Assembly: GCF_006345805.1 (NCBI RefSeq)
Contig: NC_043020.1
Location: 3,410,001 to 3,474,000 of the forward strand
Reading direction: 5' to 3'
Origin: Octopus sinensis
Lineage: Eukaryota
Length of the DNA: 64,000 nucleotides
The position numbers were made by a program, and so were the translations under genes. Below, in pieces: positions 24,892 through 37,590 of the stretch (its first letter is position 1; every line of letters starts with the position of its first letter). The notes beneath the pieces are model-generated. The model saw only the letters and a list, made by a program, of their open reading frames with translations. It was not told the origin of the DNA and made no database searches.

Positions 24892-25051
24892 CTGCAAACA
24901 ACAATAATGATATATGGATATATATATAGCAAAATTTAGATTCAGATGGACATGGTACTAAAGTTAAAGGCACCAGAATTTTGTATATTATCCATATAAA
25001 TCAAATGGGGTGATTATAATCAAAATAAGCAACAAGGATATCCAAGGTAGA

Positions 25052-25137
25052 GTAGTACAATCGTTTCATGCTACTTCATTTTATTAAACAGTGTAAATAT
25101 TACATCAGTTTTAAAATGTTGAGCAATCTTCAGCCAC
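25052..25137 (-). ncRNA. Second copy of the 49229 hammerhead family, in ZNHIT1 intron 2, sense to ZNHIT1
   Basis: Minus strand reads GTGG-CTGAAGA-TTGCTC...AGCAT-GAAAC-GATT-GTA-CTAC. Flanks 24950-25160 are similar to 49205-49420. Confidence 0.55.
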
Positions 25138-25583
25138 ATATAGAATTTTTTAATTAAATGGACAATGTACATTTTTATACTTATTTCATTTGCCAATATT
25201 ACAAAGACGGTAGATATATAGACAGAGAGGTTAATTTCATCATTAAGAACATGGTGGTAGTATGTTCTCCTCCATCTGTAGATTTTTTATCACTGAGTTC
25301 ACTTTGTTATTTAGATCTCTACCCTCTATATATCTACCCTCAGGGACCTTTTGAGCTGGATGGGTTACTCGACCAGAAGAAAATTCTAACTGGGCCCCAC
25401 CTGCAAGGTCATGCACTGTTTATCTTGATATGAGATTACGATGTCGCGCATATATGGTTGTGATGCATGTGCCTGGTGTACCCTTATCAGACGGGTAGTC
25501 ATGATGGGTATATTGGGCTTTGTATATTTTACCCCAGTGTCACTTTGATGGCATGCACTGCTCTCTCAATAATAATAATAATA

Positions 25584-26152
25584 AGGCACCACGACAATAC
25601 AGCCAGGCTTGTCCATTGGACACTTTGCAACAAGTATGGACTTGACAGAGCAAAAAATTGGTATGACCACAAACCTGAAGGCATCGTCGAAAATGGAAAT
25701 GCAAAGATCCTATGGGATTTTATGATCCAGTGCGACCATGAGACAGAAATAGGAAGCCGGACGTAGTCTTAATTAATGAAGAAAGCAAACTATGCTGGAT
25801 CATAAATATACCATGCCCAGCTGACAACAAGGTATGCGATAAGGAAGAAAGAAAAGTCAAGAGATATGACAGGTTAGCTTGGGAAGTTAAGCAGTTGTGG
25901 TCGATGAAAAAGGTAGCAGTAATACCAATAATTGTTGGAGCCCTGGGAACAGTGAGTAAAAATCTTGAGATGTATGCGGAACAAATAGGGGCTGCAATAA
26001 GGGTGAAGCACTTGCAGAAAACAGCACTGCTTGGAACCACTCGAATACTCCGGAAGGTGCTTGAAAAATAAGAGGTGTTACCTTAGTTCACTTGTAGTGA
26101 ACAGCTGACACTGCAGTACATCTCCAGCATTAGAAGCTGTGCAAAGGCAATG

Positions 26153-26192
<40 letters not shown>

Positions 26193-26195
26193 TAA
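25584..26195 (+). mobile_element. R4/Dong-clade non-LTR retrotransposon 3' end (restriction-like endonuclease)
   Basis: RHHDNTARLVHWTLC...KILWDF..RKPDVVLIN...KVKRYDRLAWEVKQLW...VIPIIVGALGTV...LQKTALLGT.RILRKVL-stop, flanked by (AAT)n on both sides. Confidence 0.85.
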
Positions 26196-26202
26196 TACCA
26201 AC

Positions 26203-26379
26203 CAGAATTCATAATATCCATGTATTCTTCAAATTTGGGTGCCTTCTTACTCATTTTCAAATCCGCATGTGGATCAGCCTGGAAGTTGTCAGATTCGAGG
26301 GCCTCCAATGCTTTCCTTGCTCGCCGTTTCCGAGCAGCATCATCAAGAATCCGTTTCTTGTCAGCTTCACGGATTCGAC
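26203..26379 (-). CDS. ZNHIT1: ZNHIT1 coding exon 2
   Basis: CTGTAG acceptor, G|GTTGGT donor. Encodes RIREADKKRILDDAARKRRARKALEALESDNFQADPHADLKMSKKAPKFEEYMDIMNS, matching the recalled ZNHIT1 LEALE-DNF--DPHA-L motif. Confidence 0.92.
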
Positions 26380-27563
26380 CTACAGTTTGGGTGAAGATAA
26401 CACAACAGAAATCAAACAGTTATTTTGTGATCGTTGAAAGCTTTACCAACTTCTGGTCACATAGAGTGAAAACCTTGACTAACATCTTAAACCATCCCTC
26501 GACACATTAGATATTGTAGTCCACTCTGCTGAGTGGTTGGTGTTAAGAAGGGCATCTAGCTGTAAAAATCCTCCCAAAACAGTTGCAGAAGTTTGGTGCA
26601 GACTTCTACCTGGCCAGGTCCTAGTGAAACCAAGCCACCCGTGACAGCATGGAAGGCGGATGTTAAGCGATAATGATGAGGAGTCCTACATAAACAGTTT
26701 GAAATTAAAAGTGAGATAATCCTGGGGCTGGAATATATTTGACAATAGGTCAGTCAACTCATCATTGTCATCATTTTTACATCCATGTTCCATACTGGCA
26801 CAGACTGGATGGTTTAAGAGGATCCAATGGGTCCAAGGACTGTGCTCCAGTGTCTACCAATCTAGACATTGGTTTCGCTTGTTGGATACCCTTCCTAACA
26901 CTAAACACTATACAGCATATACTGGGTGCTTTTTTTTCATGTTGCCAGTATTAGGGCCATTCCACAGTATTTTATTTATGCAAAAATCAAACATAAAGTT
27001 TGTTTATTTGGAAAAAATTTTCTTATCAATTTTTTTGAATAATAGTCATAGTTTGTGAAAATGGGGAAAATGATTCTCAGTCTGCTGTTGCTTACGCACA
27101 AAGTATCATAATTTTCGTAATTTCTAAATTTGGCCATTGCTGAGGGGAAAATGCTTTTTTTTTTCTGGTTGAGAGAAATAGGAAAAACCTTAACTGGTTC
27201 AAAGTACTGGAACATGGACTCCTCAAGGGAACAAATATTCAGTAATATTGAAAACCTAAATCTGCTTCAGAGAAACAGCAGCGTTACTTGTCCAATAAAT
27301 GATTTTTTTCCCCTCCACAAGATTTTAAGGCCTTTAAGTTTTGTTAGTTCTTGCACAAATGGCCAATTCAGAACCTCTGTTTTTTGGCCAGAGCTGCTCA
27401 AGGATGTTTTCAAAATGGCCAGATGGTCTTTTGCTCAGTCCAAGGTACATAAGTATTTTTTTGTTCCGGAGGGGAAGTCTGTCGCAGAAAAAGTGTGAAG
27501 TTCCAATGCAAAACGTCTGCAGTCTTGAGCAGATGTGTTGTGTAGACACACACACACACATAC

Positions 27564-27624
<61 letters not shown>

Positions 27625-28258
27625 TACGACGGGCTTCTTTCAGTTTCCGTCTACCAAATCCACTCACAAGTCTTTGGTCGGCCCGAGGCTATAGTAGAAG
27701 ACACTTGCCCAAGGTGCCACACAGAGGGACTGAACCCGGAACCATGCGGTTCGTAAGCAAACTACTTACTGTTCATGATCAATCATTAGAGCACTCAATT
27801 TTTTGTTTCTTATTTCTTTATTGCCCACAAGGGACTAAAAGCACAAGATTTTTTTGTTTCTGCGAACCTTCCATAGATGCATATATAAAATATGCATCTC
27901 AGGTTTCCTTTGAATTGATTTCGGGATTGCAGCGACTTGCTTTTGCCTGTGGATTCCACAGAGAGAATATTCTTTAATAAGATACCTATAAATGATTTTT
28001 AGTTTTTCGTTGTTTTTCTGTAAACACTCGAGTCACAAAGGTTTACGTTCCGAGTTCGAACCACGCCGAAGTCTACTCTATCTTTTTATTCTTTAGTAAA
28101 GTACAAGAACGATTAAATGAACTCTGGATATGTTGTATTGAACATTAATTAATTAAATTAACAGTTCTATTGTATTTGCAGTGATTTAGTGAAAAGAACA
28201 AAATTTACAAAAATAAACAAAGAAAATCAAATAATTATAATTAATTATAATTACTGAC

Positions 28259-28301
28259 CGGATTCCTTTTTCTCTCCTGATGATTTCTTGGGAAAAGCCA
28301 T
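28259..28301 (-). CDS. ZNHIT1: ZNHIT1 (Vps71/SWC6 subunit of SRCAP/SWR1) coding exon 1
   Basis: ATG at 28301 on the minus strand, MAFPKKSSGEKKES(G), donor G|GTCAGT; phase 1 matches exon 2. Confidence 0.8.
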
Positions 28302-28714
28302 TTCGTTTGTTTCTCTTTAGCAAATTCAAACAATCCAAATAAAGTAATTTTTGCTGATTTTAATTAAAATTTCAGTTTTTCTTCGAAGTTTACAAAAATA
28401 CAAAAACTGCGTTTGCGGTGAAGCTGAGAAAGAATCCTCCTTGGAAATAACTTCCAGGCAATATAATCCCAGTTACTTAGTTTGGAGGAAACATTTTTGT
28501 TAAAAAGAATATGACCCTCTTTTCTTGGGTAACTGTGCTTGGTATTTCTTTTCAAGAATTGGTTGTAAAATTTGGATTATCTATAAATAAATATAAGAAA
28601 AATAATAGTCGTTAGAAATTTCATGGCGGTGAAAATGTATTTAGATAATTACAATTAGTTAAGAGTTGTTTCCCCTGTCATATGTTGAGCAAATTTTCCA
28701 ATTGTGACGAGAGA

Positions 28715-29085
28715 TGTTCAGACCTGCGCTGAGGTTGAGGCATCTCCGGCTCTACCTGGATTGTGAGCGGGTGTGGTCTCCGTTCGTTGACGAGATTTTA
28801 CCCAGGTTCACCTCTTTTGGTAAACTGGAAAGCTCGATCAGGCGTAGACCAAGGCTGGGAGCTTGGTAAGCAGAGTGTCGACAGGTGCTCGTGCTTCCCC
28901 CGCGAACGAGCAATGTAGACAGAGGGGACTCCACCCCGGCGTACTATGGAAGGCTGGTAGACGGCAAGTGTAATGACGGCCCGGGGAAGACTCTAGGTTT
29001 CGATGAAAGTCAGCTTGCCAACCTGCATCGAAGGACTTTCGGCCCAGGACCTATGGACAACTTCCAGAGGTCTCTCGCTTGGGCA
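28715..29085 (+). mobile_element. L1/Tx1-like non-LTR retrotransposon fragment (region downstream of RT)
   Basis: GC-rich island encoding LRLRHLRLYLDCERVWSPFV...RRPRLGAW and, in another frame, [29 protein letters not shown]. No splice context; clade assignment is from recalled similarity only. Confidence 0.5.
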
Positions 29086-29387
29086 AACATTCAACATAAA
29101 TACCATAAATGTCAAAATACAAGACGTGCATTTATTTATGTTTCTGAAGAAGATCATCGCTTTCCGCAAAAATTTATTATTATTTTTTTTTTACATATGT
29201 ATGTGTGTGGGGGATCTTTTGAAGTCGGCGTAAAAGCGAAAGAGACAGAGAGAGAGCAATGGTGGTGGTGTGTGTGTGTGAGAGAGGTTATGTATGTATG
29301 TATGTATGTATGTATGTATATATATGTATGTATGTATAGATATATGTATGTATATATACATAGATGTATGTATGTGTATATATATAT

Positions 29388-29420
<33 letters not shown>

Positions 29421-30169
29421 GTATGTATATATATATTATGTATATATATATGTATGTATGTATGTATATATATATGTATGTATATATATATGTATGTATA
29501 TATATATATATATATATGTATATGTATATATAATATATATATATATATACATCTATATATACATCTATGTATATATATCCCTCTGTTTATATAAAATGAG
29601 ATAGGGGTTGAAAATTCAACCCACCATGGGATAATATATATCCAATATACTGCCAGATAGGTACCCAACAAGACTAATACATAGATGTTAAAAATTGTCA
29701 TATATATATATGTTTATATGTGTGTGTGTAAGCTGGCCTCCGTGCCGGTGGCATGTAAAAAACACCATTCAACCGTGATCGTTACCTGCGTTACCTTACT
29801 GGCACTTGTGCTGGTGGCACGTGAAAAAACATTCGAGCGAGGTCGTTGCCAGTGCCACTGGACTGGCTCCTGTGCATGTGGCACATAAAAAGCATCATTT
29901 GAGCAAGGCTGTTGCCAGTATCACCTGACTGGTCCCCGTGCTGGTGGCACGTAAAAGCACCCACTACACTCTTGGAGTGGTTGGCTTTAGAAAGGGCATC
30001 CAGCTGTAGAAACTCTGCCAGATCAGATTGGAGTCTAGTGCAGCCATCTGGTTCGCCAGACCTCAGCCAAATTGTCCAACCCATGCTAGCATGGAAAGCG
30101 GACATTAAACGATGATGATGATGATACATCTATGTATACATATATATATATTATATAAACACATCTGTG

Positions 30170-30226
<57 letters not shown>

Positions 30227-30399
30227 CAAATTGAGATAGGGGTTGCAAATTCAACCCTCCATGGGATAACATATATCCAATATACTGCTAGTGAAGTACC
30301 CAACAAAGTTAATACATAAATGTTAAGAATTGCGATGCAATTAATTCATTTACTGTATTACATGGGCAAAGGTAAAATTATTTTTACCACAAATTAAAA

Positions 30400-30831
30400 A
30401 TACAAAATAAGAAAATGGAGAAATACATCTAAATCATTTATCAACTACCAGATAATACCCAATCATATACTTTATTAAACCACTACATAAGAACATTAGG
30501 GTTAAACATAAAAATATATAACAAAACAGCGTACATGAATGAGTAATAGAATACAATAAGAACAATCATTATAAGAGGGTATAAATAAATAAATATAAAT
30601 AGATATAAATATAAATATACACTATATTTATATCTATTTATATATATTTATTTATATCCTCTTATAATGATTGTTCTTATTGTATTCTATTACTCATTCA
30701 TGTACGCTGTTTTGTTATATATTTTTATGTTTAACCCTAATGTTCTTATGTAGTGGTTTAATAAAGTATATGATTGGGTATTATCTGGTAGTTGATAAAT
30801 GATTTAGATGTATTTCTCCATTTTCTTATTT

Positions 30832-30836
<5 letters not shown>
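30400..30836. repeat. Near-perfect AT-rich palindrome, ~213-bp arms
   Basis: 30400-30612 is the reverse complement of 30623-30836, with about two differences near the centre. Confidence 0.92.
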
Positions 30837-30882
<46 letters not shown>

Positions 30883-32416
30883 ACATCTTTATATATATAT
30901 ATCGTTGCCAGAGCTGCTAGCTGGCTTCCATGCCGGTGGCATGTAGGAAGCACCATTCGAGCGGGATCGTTACCAGCATTGCCTTACTGGCACCTGTGCC
31001 ATTGGCTTGTGTAAAAAGATTCGAGCGAGGTCGTTGCCTGTACCGCCTGACTGGCCCCCGTGCCGGTGGCAAGTAAAAGCTATATGGAGAGAGATCAGGG
31101 TGGAGACTGGCCAAAATCACAGAAGTGCTGAATGCAGTATTCTTGGAAAGGGGCCTGTAAAAGAGCTATTGATGGATAATAGCATAGTTTTTCACCCAAA
31201 GCAGCTGAGGGGGATGCTCAAAAGGTAAAACATGAGATGCTTTCTCAGAGCTGCATACAGGCCCGGTGGAAACTTGATTGTGGAATGGCACCAATGTATG
31301 ACTGAGAGGGGATGAATCTCTTCCATGAAGACAGTCTTTTGGTACAAGATGTTACCCAGGGTGGAGAAAACTGAAGAGTCAGACCTGCCAAGGGCTATAT
31401 TCCAGTACAGATGAAGACACCCAAGTGTGGTGTTGTTGCATTTGTACTGGTCAGAGACGAAGGGTGGGCAAAGTCCCTGAATGCTCAGAGCATAAAACAG
31501 TGGAAGAAAGGAAGGGTGGTCACAATGAGTACTCTGAATAATGTATCAGTGGATGGAATTCTGTGTTATGTCTTGGACACTTGAAGGGTGAATAACTCCT
31601 CTAATGATGAAGGAGAGGAAGAGGCTGGCCCTGTGACCCTACAGAGACCTAATGGGAATGTCACTCTGCCCAGATGGATGGATGATTTTGAAATAGAATC
31701 AAGGAGCAGCAATCTTTAGATCAGAGGAGCGTGTGGAAGAAGGATGAGTGACTGGGAGGGAGAGGAGGTGACATATTGAAGGTACCAGAAGTGGGAGGTT
31801 GAAAAGAGTCTCTTTTCTTATGGGTCTGTGACAAGGGAGGAGACCTTTTTGGCCAGAGGTTGGGGAGAGCTTACATGTGAATATACAACTGTGAGGTCTT
31901 ACTGATTACCCATAACCCAATGCTTTGGGGGTGGGGCTGGGTGCCAATTGCAACATGAGGTAAGGGTGACTTTTATTTTATGCTTTACAACAAAAGCTGT
32001 AAATTCTGGAGGTATGAGAGGTAAATATATATTTATGTAGCCATGTGACTTCCATAAGGTTACAGCTGTTTCGCAATGTATGGTGAGCATTATACACTAC
32101 AACTGTATATTCACAAATTAATGGCATTAATTGTGAATATACAGTTGTAATGTATAATGCTGAGCTTGCATATTAAATGCAAATAAATACGTGTAATTTC
32201 TTCCATACTGAAATTAATTTTACATGGAAAAGGTTGCAAAATGCGCACAACCCTTTAGAAGTCACAAAGTCATGTGGTTAAATACATACATACATACAAA
32301 ATATATATATATATATATATAGTGTACTGCTTTGTGATGGTAAGATCAACAAAAAGAAAAGTACATCTTTTAGTGAGAGATACATGTTATTAGATAAACG
32401 CAGCACGTATTTTTAT

Positions 32417-32496
32417 GAGCTGCTAATAGTTTCATGTGATGAAAACAAATCAGCATTTTATAACATGTCTGGTGTCTTCATGCAATCTTCAGACTC
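32417..32496 (-). ncRNA. Hammerhead motif, probably inactive (GCA triplet), part of an inverted pair
   Basis: Minus strand GAGT-CTGAAGA-TTGC-ATGAAGAC...GTTTTCAT-CACAT-GAAAC-TATTA-GCA-GCTC. An inverted partner ends GAAAC-AATTA-GTA at 32561-32573. Confidence 0.5.
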
Positions 32497-32789
32497 TCCG
32501 AGAATTGTGTGAAGGCCCCAGACATGTTGTAAAATGCTATCTGAGTTGTTTTCATCAAATGAAACAATTAGTAGTTCATAGAAATATAAACTGTGTTTAT
32601 TAAATAATAATAATAATAAAAATAATAATAATAATAGTAATAATGATAATAATAATAATAATGATAATAATGATAATAATAATAATAATGATAATAATAA
32701 TAAAAAATAATAATAATAATAATAATTATAATAATATACACACACTCACATATATGTATACACATATATATAAACATACACATATATAA

Positions 32790-32895
<106 letters not shown>

Positions 32896-33392
32896 GTGTA
32901 TATATATACATGGGAGTAAATGTGCTAAGCAGTGTTTACGTGTAATCCCAATTTAGGTTAGTTGAAATATGTTTGTCACATATTTCAACTGAACTGCAGT
33001 GTTTATGCCTTCAGCAATCGAAATATGTGACAGACATGTTTCAACTAACCGAAATTGGGATTTTACATAAACATTGCTCAGTGCATTTACTCCGATCGTG
33101 CAATCTACTAGTGCAAATCAGTCAATATGTTGGCTGAATTATATATAAAGCCATAATCTTTGTCAGTTCGTTCAGGATTGTCCCTCTCAGGTACACCTGA
33201 TTGACAAGAGTTAACTAACTTGGAACATCGATGACTAAGATTCCTGAGAGAAGCTGACACTGAATGAACGGAGTGTTTTCACACCTTTTTAACCATAAAA
33301 GAGATTTATTCTCCAAGGTAACTGCTGTGTATTTTCCTTTAGCAGTTGAAATATGTGAGAAACATATTTCAACAAATCTAAATTGTGATATA

Positions 33393-33443
<51 letters not shown>

Positions 33444-33856
33444 ATATCATCATCATCATCATCATCATCATCGTTTAACATTCGTTTTCCGTGCTAGCAT
33501 GGGTTGGACGGTTCGACTGGGGTCTGGGAAGCCAGGAGGCTGCACCAGGCTCCAGTCTGCTCTGGCAGTATTTCTACAGCTGGATACCCTTCCTAACGCC
33601 AACCACTCCATGAGTATAGTGGGTGCTTTTTACGTGCCACCAGCACAGGTGCCAGTCAAGGCACCGCTGGCATTGGCTATGCTGATACTGTTAGAGTATT
33701 ACACTAAGGATGGAATACTCAGCCACTTATATGTTATTTCAAGAATTAATGACTTGGTTGACTGGACATCTGAATCCTCATCGCCAAGCGAGGGTGATTC
33801 ACTACCATGTCACCCTCATTAAACACTAAAAAATGATTTATAAGTAAAAATTATTC

Positions 33857-33910
<54 letters not shown>

Positions 33911-35511
33911 TGTGTGTATATATACACATTCACATATATGTAATTGGGTGTGGTTCATAGGCAAAACAAAAGAAAAAAATATTACTCAACTAAAAAATTA
34001 TACAAACAAAATAGGTCACATAACTCTGGGTTTTGTATAATACTAGACTTGTTGTCATCAGATATACCTGTTAATGACCTGGGATGGACACAACCCTGTT
34101 CATCCTATACGTCAACCCTTTCGTTGTCCTGTTATTGTTCCTGCTTATACGTCATTGTCATGTCAACTTAGACCTACCTATTGCTCATTTGTTGTCATCA
34201 GATTTCTGTTCCAGTGCATTTTTCAATATAGTTCCGTCATTCATTCTCAATTCTTGGTCCAGTCACCTTAACCTTCTTGTTTAGTTCCTGCTGTATTGTT
34301 CTCCAGAGTTTTCTTGCATTTTCTGATTAAGTCTCTGTATGTTGCCTGGAGATTTCTCAGCAGACACATGATAAAGTACATCGTTTCTGCACAGGGGTTA
34401 TGTTTTACTACCACAGAAAACAAACATTGAACTCTTGACTACAATTTTAGTTTTTATAATGACTTTTTTTTTGTTAGTTTTTAAATTCCTAAAGCTGGCA
34501 AATCCACCAAATGCTGCCCAACTTTTCAAGTTCAGATGTGGAACATCCTGCCACTTTGCTCATCTATATGTAGGAACATCTTTTTTAAAGTTTTCACCAT
34601 TTAAACCCTTTTGATCTTAGATAGTCACATATGTGCACTTTTCACATTAAATCATTAATAAGTTTTCCTCTTTGTGTCTTAACAGAGTTTATACATGTTT
34701 TCAAACAAATTAATTGAAAAGGACATGAACTCATATTAGGCATTGAGATGACATTATGAGTTGGATTTTGTCAAAGATATTGCATATTACAGGTTCAGTT
34801 CCACTGTGTGGAACTTTGGGCAAGTGTCAGATTAACCGAAGCCTTGCGAGTAAATTTGGTAGATAGAAACTGAAAGAAGCTCATTGTGTGTGTGTGTGTG
34901 TGTGTGTGTGTATACATGCGTGTTTGTGTCCCACCACCACTTCACAACTAGTGCTGGTGTGTTTATGCCCCTATAACTTAGTAGTTCAACAAAAGTGACT
35001 GATAAAATAAGTAGCAGGCTTATAAAAAAACAAAAATAAAAGTACAGGGATCAATTCATTGAACCAAAATTCTTCAAGGTTGTTCCCTGGCCTAGCAGCA
35101 GTCTAATGACCGAAACAAGTGAAACATTGTTGAAGAGCTGAAAACAAGGTAATTTCTACTCTTCTCCTCTGGAAGCCATCTACTCACAATACCAGAGGGC
35201 GCACACTCTCCTACCCTGATCTAATCTTCAGGGATACAGGCATCCAGCAACAGGACCTCCGTAATGCTATGATGGATCGTGAAGTCTGGCGTAACATAGT
35301 AAATTCCATTGTCTCGACCACGGTTGAACAATGATGATGATGATGAAAGAAGATATTATTACTATTACTAGCAGACTGAGTGTCCACATAAAGGCTACCT
35401 TGATGACTCGCAGTAAATAGAGTAATGAGAAATGTGAAGTAAAAGTAATTAAACACACTTTAACTAAAAGAAAAAAAAATAAGGATAAACAAAAATATAT
35501 ATATATATATT

Positions 35512-35554
<43 letters not shown>

Positions 35555-35615
35555 TATATATGTCATCATCATCATCATTTAGCGTCCATGATGATGATGA
35601 TGACATATATATACT

Positions 35616-35715
<100 letters not shown>

Positions 35716-35799
35716 TCATGTCAGGAGTAGATGCAATTTTGATATTTTGATATGTGGGTTAGTTTATAAACCTGTCTTTATTGTGTAATACATTGAGGG

Positions 35800-36182
35800 T
35801 ATTGTTGGAGAATAAGGTTAAGGAAGAGGTGGAGAAGAAGGTGATAAAGTGGAGGTTGGAGGGAGGAGAGGAGTATAAGGAGTAGTCAAATAAAGGTGAT
35901 AGAAGGGGGGGGAGGAAGGAAAAAGTAGCTGACAGAGTGAGGGAGGGAGGAGATGCGAAGAGAACTAGGTGAATGAAAGAGATGCAGGGGAGGAAAGGGG
36001 GAGCAGGAAGAGGAGGTAGGTGATAAGGTAGGGGTGTAGCTGAGGGAGGAGGAGAAGGTGGAATAAGGAAGGTTGAGGAGGGGTGGAGGGGAAAATGAAG
36101 GGAAAGCAAAGAGGTGAATTATAAGAGATAAAAGAAGGAGAAGAGGAGGAGAATATGGGATTGGAGAGGGGTGGGTGGAGAA
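35800..36182. repeat. Long purine-rich (G/A) low-complexity tract
   Basis: About 380 nt dominated by GGA/GAG/GAA on the + strand. Confidence 0.8.
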
Positions 36183-36235
36183 TCACAGAATCACAGATGT
36201 GTGTGTGTGTGTATATATATATATATTGTCCGTTG

Positions 36236-36427
36236 ATGCAACGAAGACCATCTAGTCATCCTGGGGTGGAGGTGGGCTTGCTTTGTGAGTCCGCAGATGG
36301 CTAGTGAGGCTAATCTGTGCCCGAAAGAGTCTTTGACAGTATGGACAGGGAATGGTAGCGCCTGCTACAGGGTTGTGAGCTCTGTTCTTCCTGGCTTGTC
36401 TGCAGTCTTCTGCAGCAGCGATCCTAT

Positions 36428-36428
<1 letters not shown>
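36236..36428 (-). mobile_element. RTE (BovB-like) ORF2 C-terminal C2H2 finger fragment
   Basis: RIAAAEDCRQARK...CPYCQRLFRAQISLTSHLRTH...DD-stop. Confidence 0.75.
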
Positions 36429-36469
<41 letters not shown>

Positions 36470-37362
36470 ATAAGGCTTACAGAATCCTGAGCATTACATG
36501 AATGAGCCGAAGAGTCATCATGGACAAGTTTATATGAACATGTTTGCCTCAGTTTCCTTTTGCACATAGGGACACATTCACTGGAAATACAATTACATTT
36601 ACATATTTTCTAATGACCATACATACTTGTGAACATAATAAATAAATGTGGATTACCTACCTACCTACCTACCTACCTACCTACCTACCTGCCTACCTAC
36701 CTGCCTACCTAACTACCTGCCTGCCTGCCAGAACACCTGCCATACTAATGACCACTCCCAACCAATTCCTCTCCAGAATATCAAACCTTTGGATTTCCCT
36801 CCTTGATTGTCTTAATTTTGTGGTGGTCAGCTTATAAACTCCCAAGAACATTCATTGCATTGGTTGTCATATAAAGTGGGGGGGAGGGTCATTAAGAATA
36901 TAAAAAGAGGGACAGCAGAAGGAATTGTCCTGTCAATTCTGAAGATATCACCTGAAGTATGAAATGAGTTGGTTGTTTGCATTGTTAGGGACTTGTTATC
37001 ACCAATCACAAGCATGTGGTGTGTAACGTTGTGAAATGCTACAAGGACAAAATATATTTTTAGCTCTCCTTTAATGAGCCATTTTATGTCTTCTCCTTCT
37101 AAGCTCTATACGAAGATGACTAATTGACATAGTTGTTAGAGTACTAAATAGGTTGCTTTGCAGTAATCAGCCAAACCCTGTGCACTCTGAGTTCAAATTG
37201 CGTTGGTGGTAGTTTTCAGGATCGACAGGTAAAGTACAAGTTTTACTCTGTCGTTCAATATCTTCTCTCTTCCGCTCTTTCCCTCTTTTGTTTGCCTATT
37301 TCCGTGAGGAAGTAAGTGGGTGCAGTCAGACCTGGAACGGATGGGACTTCACCAGGTTAAAA

Positions 37363-37590
37363 GGCGGCGAGCTGGCAGAATCGTTAGCACGCCAGGCGAA
37401 ATGCTTTGCGGTATTTCCTCTGCCGTTATGTTGTGAGTTCAAATTCTGCTGAGGTCGACTTTACCTTTCATCCTTTTGGGGTCGATAAATTAAGTACCAG
37501 TTATGCACTTGGGTCGATGTAATCGACTTAATACCTATGTCTGTCCTTGTTTGTCCCCTCTGTGTTTAGCCCCTTGTGGGTAATAAAGAA
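37363..37590 (+). mobile_element. tRNA-head SINE with GCCTTTCATCCTTT..GGTCGATAAA central block; many partial copies (9640-9800, 10870-11010, 13770-14240, 20490-20660, 22060-22240)
   Basis: A box TGGCAGAATCG, B box GAGTTCAAATTC; the body recurs across the window. Confidence 0.8.

Noticed and set aside
28885-29604. 239-aa ORF as a host gene
   Set aside because: The first ~65 aa are a retrotransposon fragment and the rest is microsatellite; no splice structure.
33185-33250. CTGATTGA-CAAG...CTTG-GAAC-ATCGAT-GAC hammerhead-like motif
   Set aside because: Three core deviations (extra base, GAAC, GAC triplet); at best a dead relic.
36935-36975. CTGAAGA...GAAA motif
   Set aside because: No consistent stem I, helix III or UH triplet.
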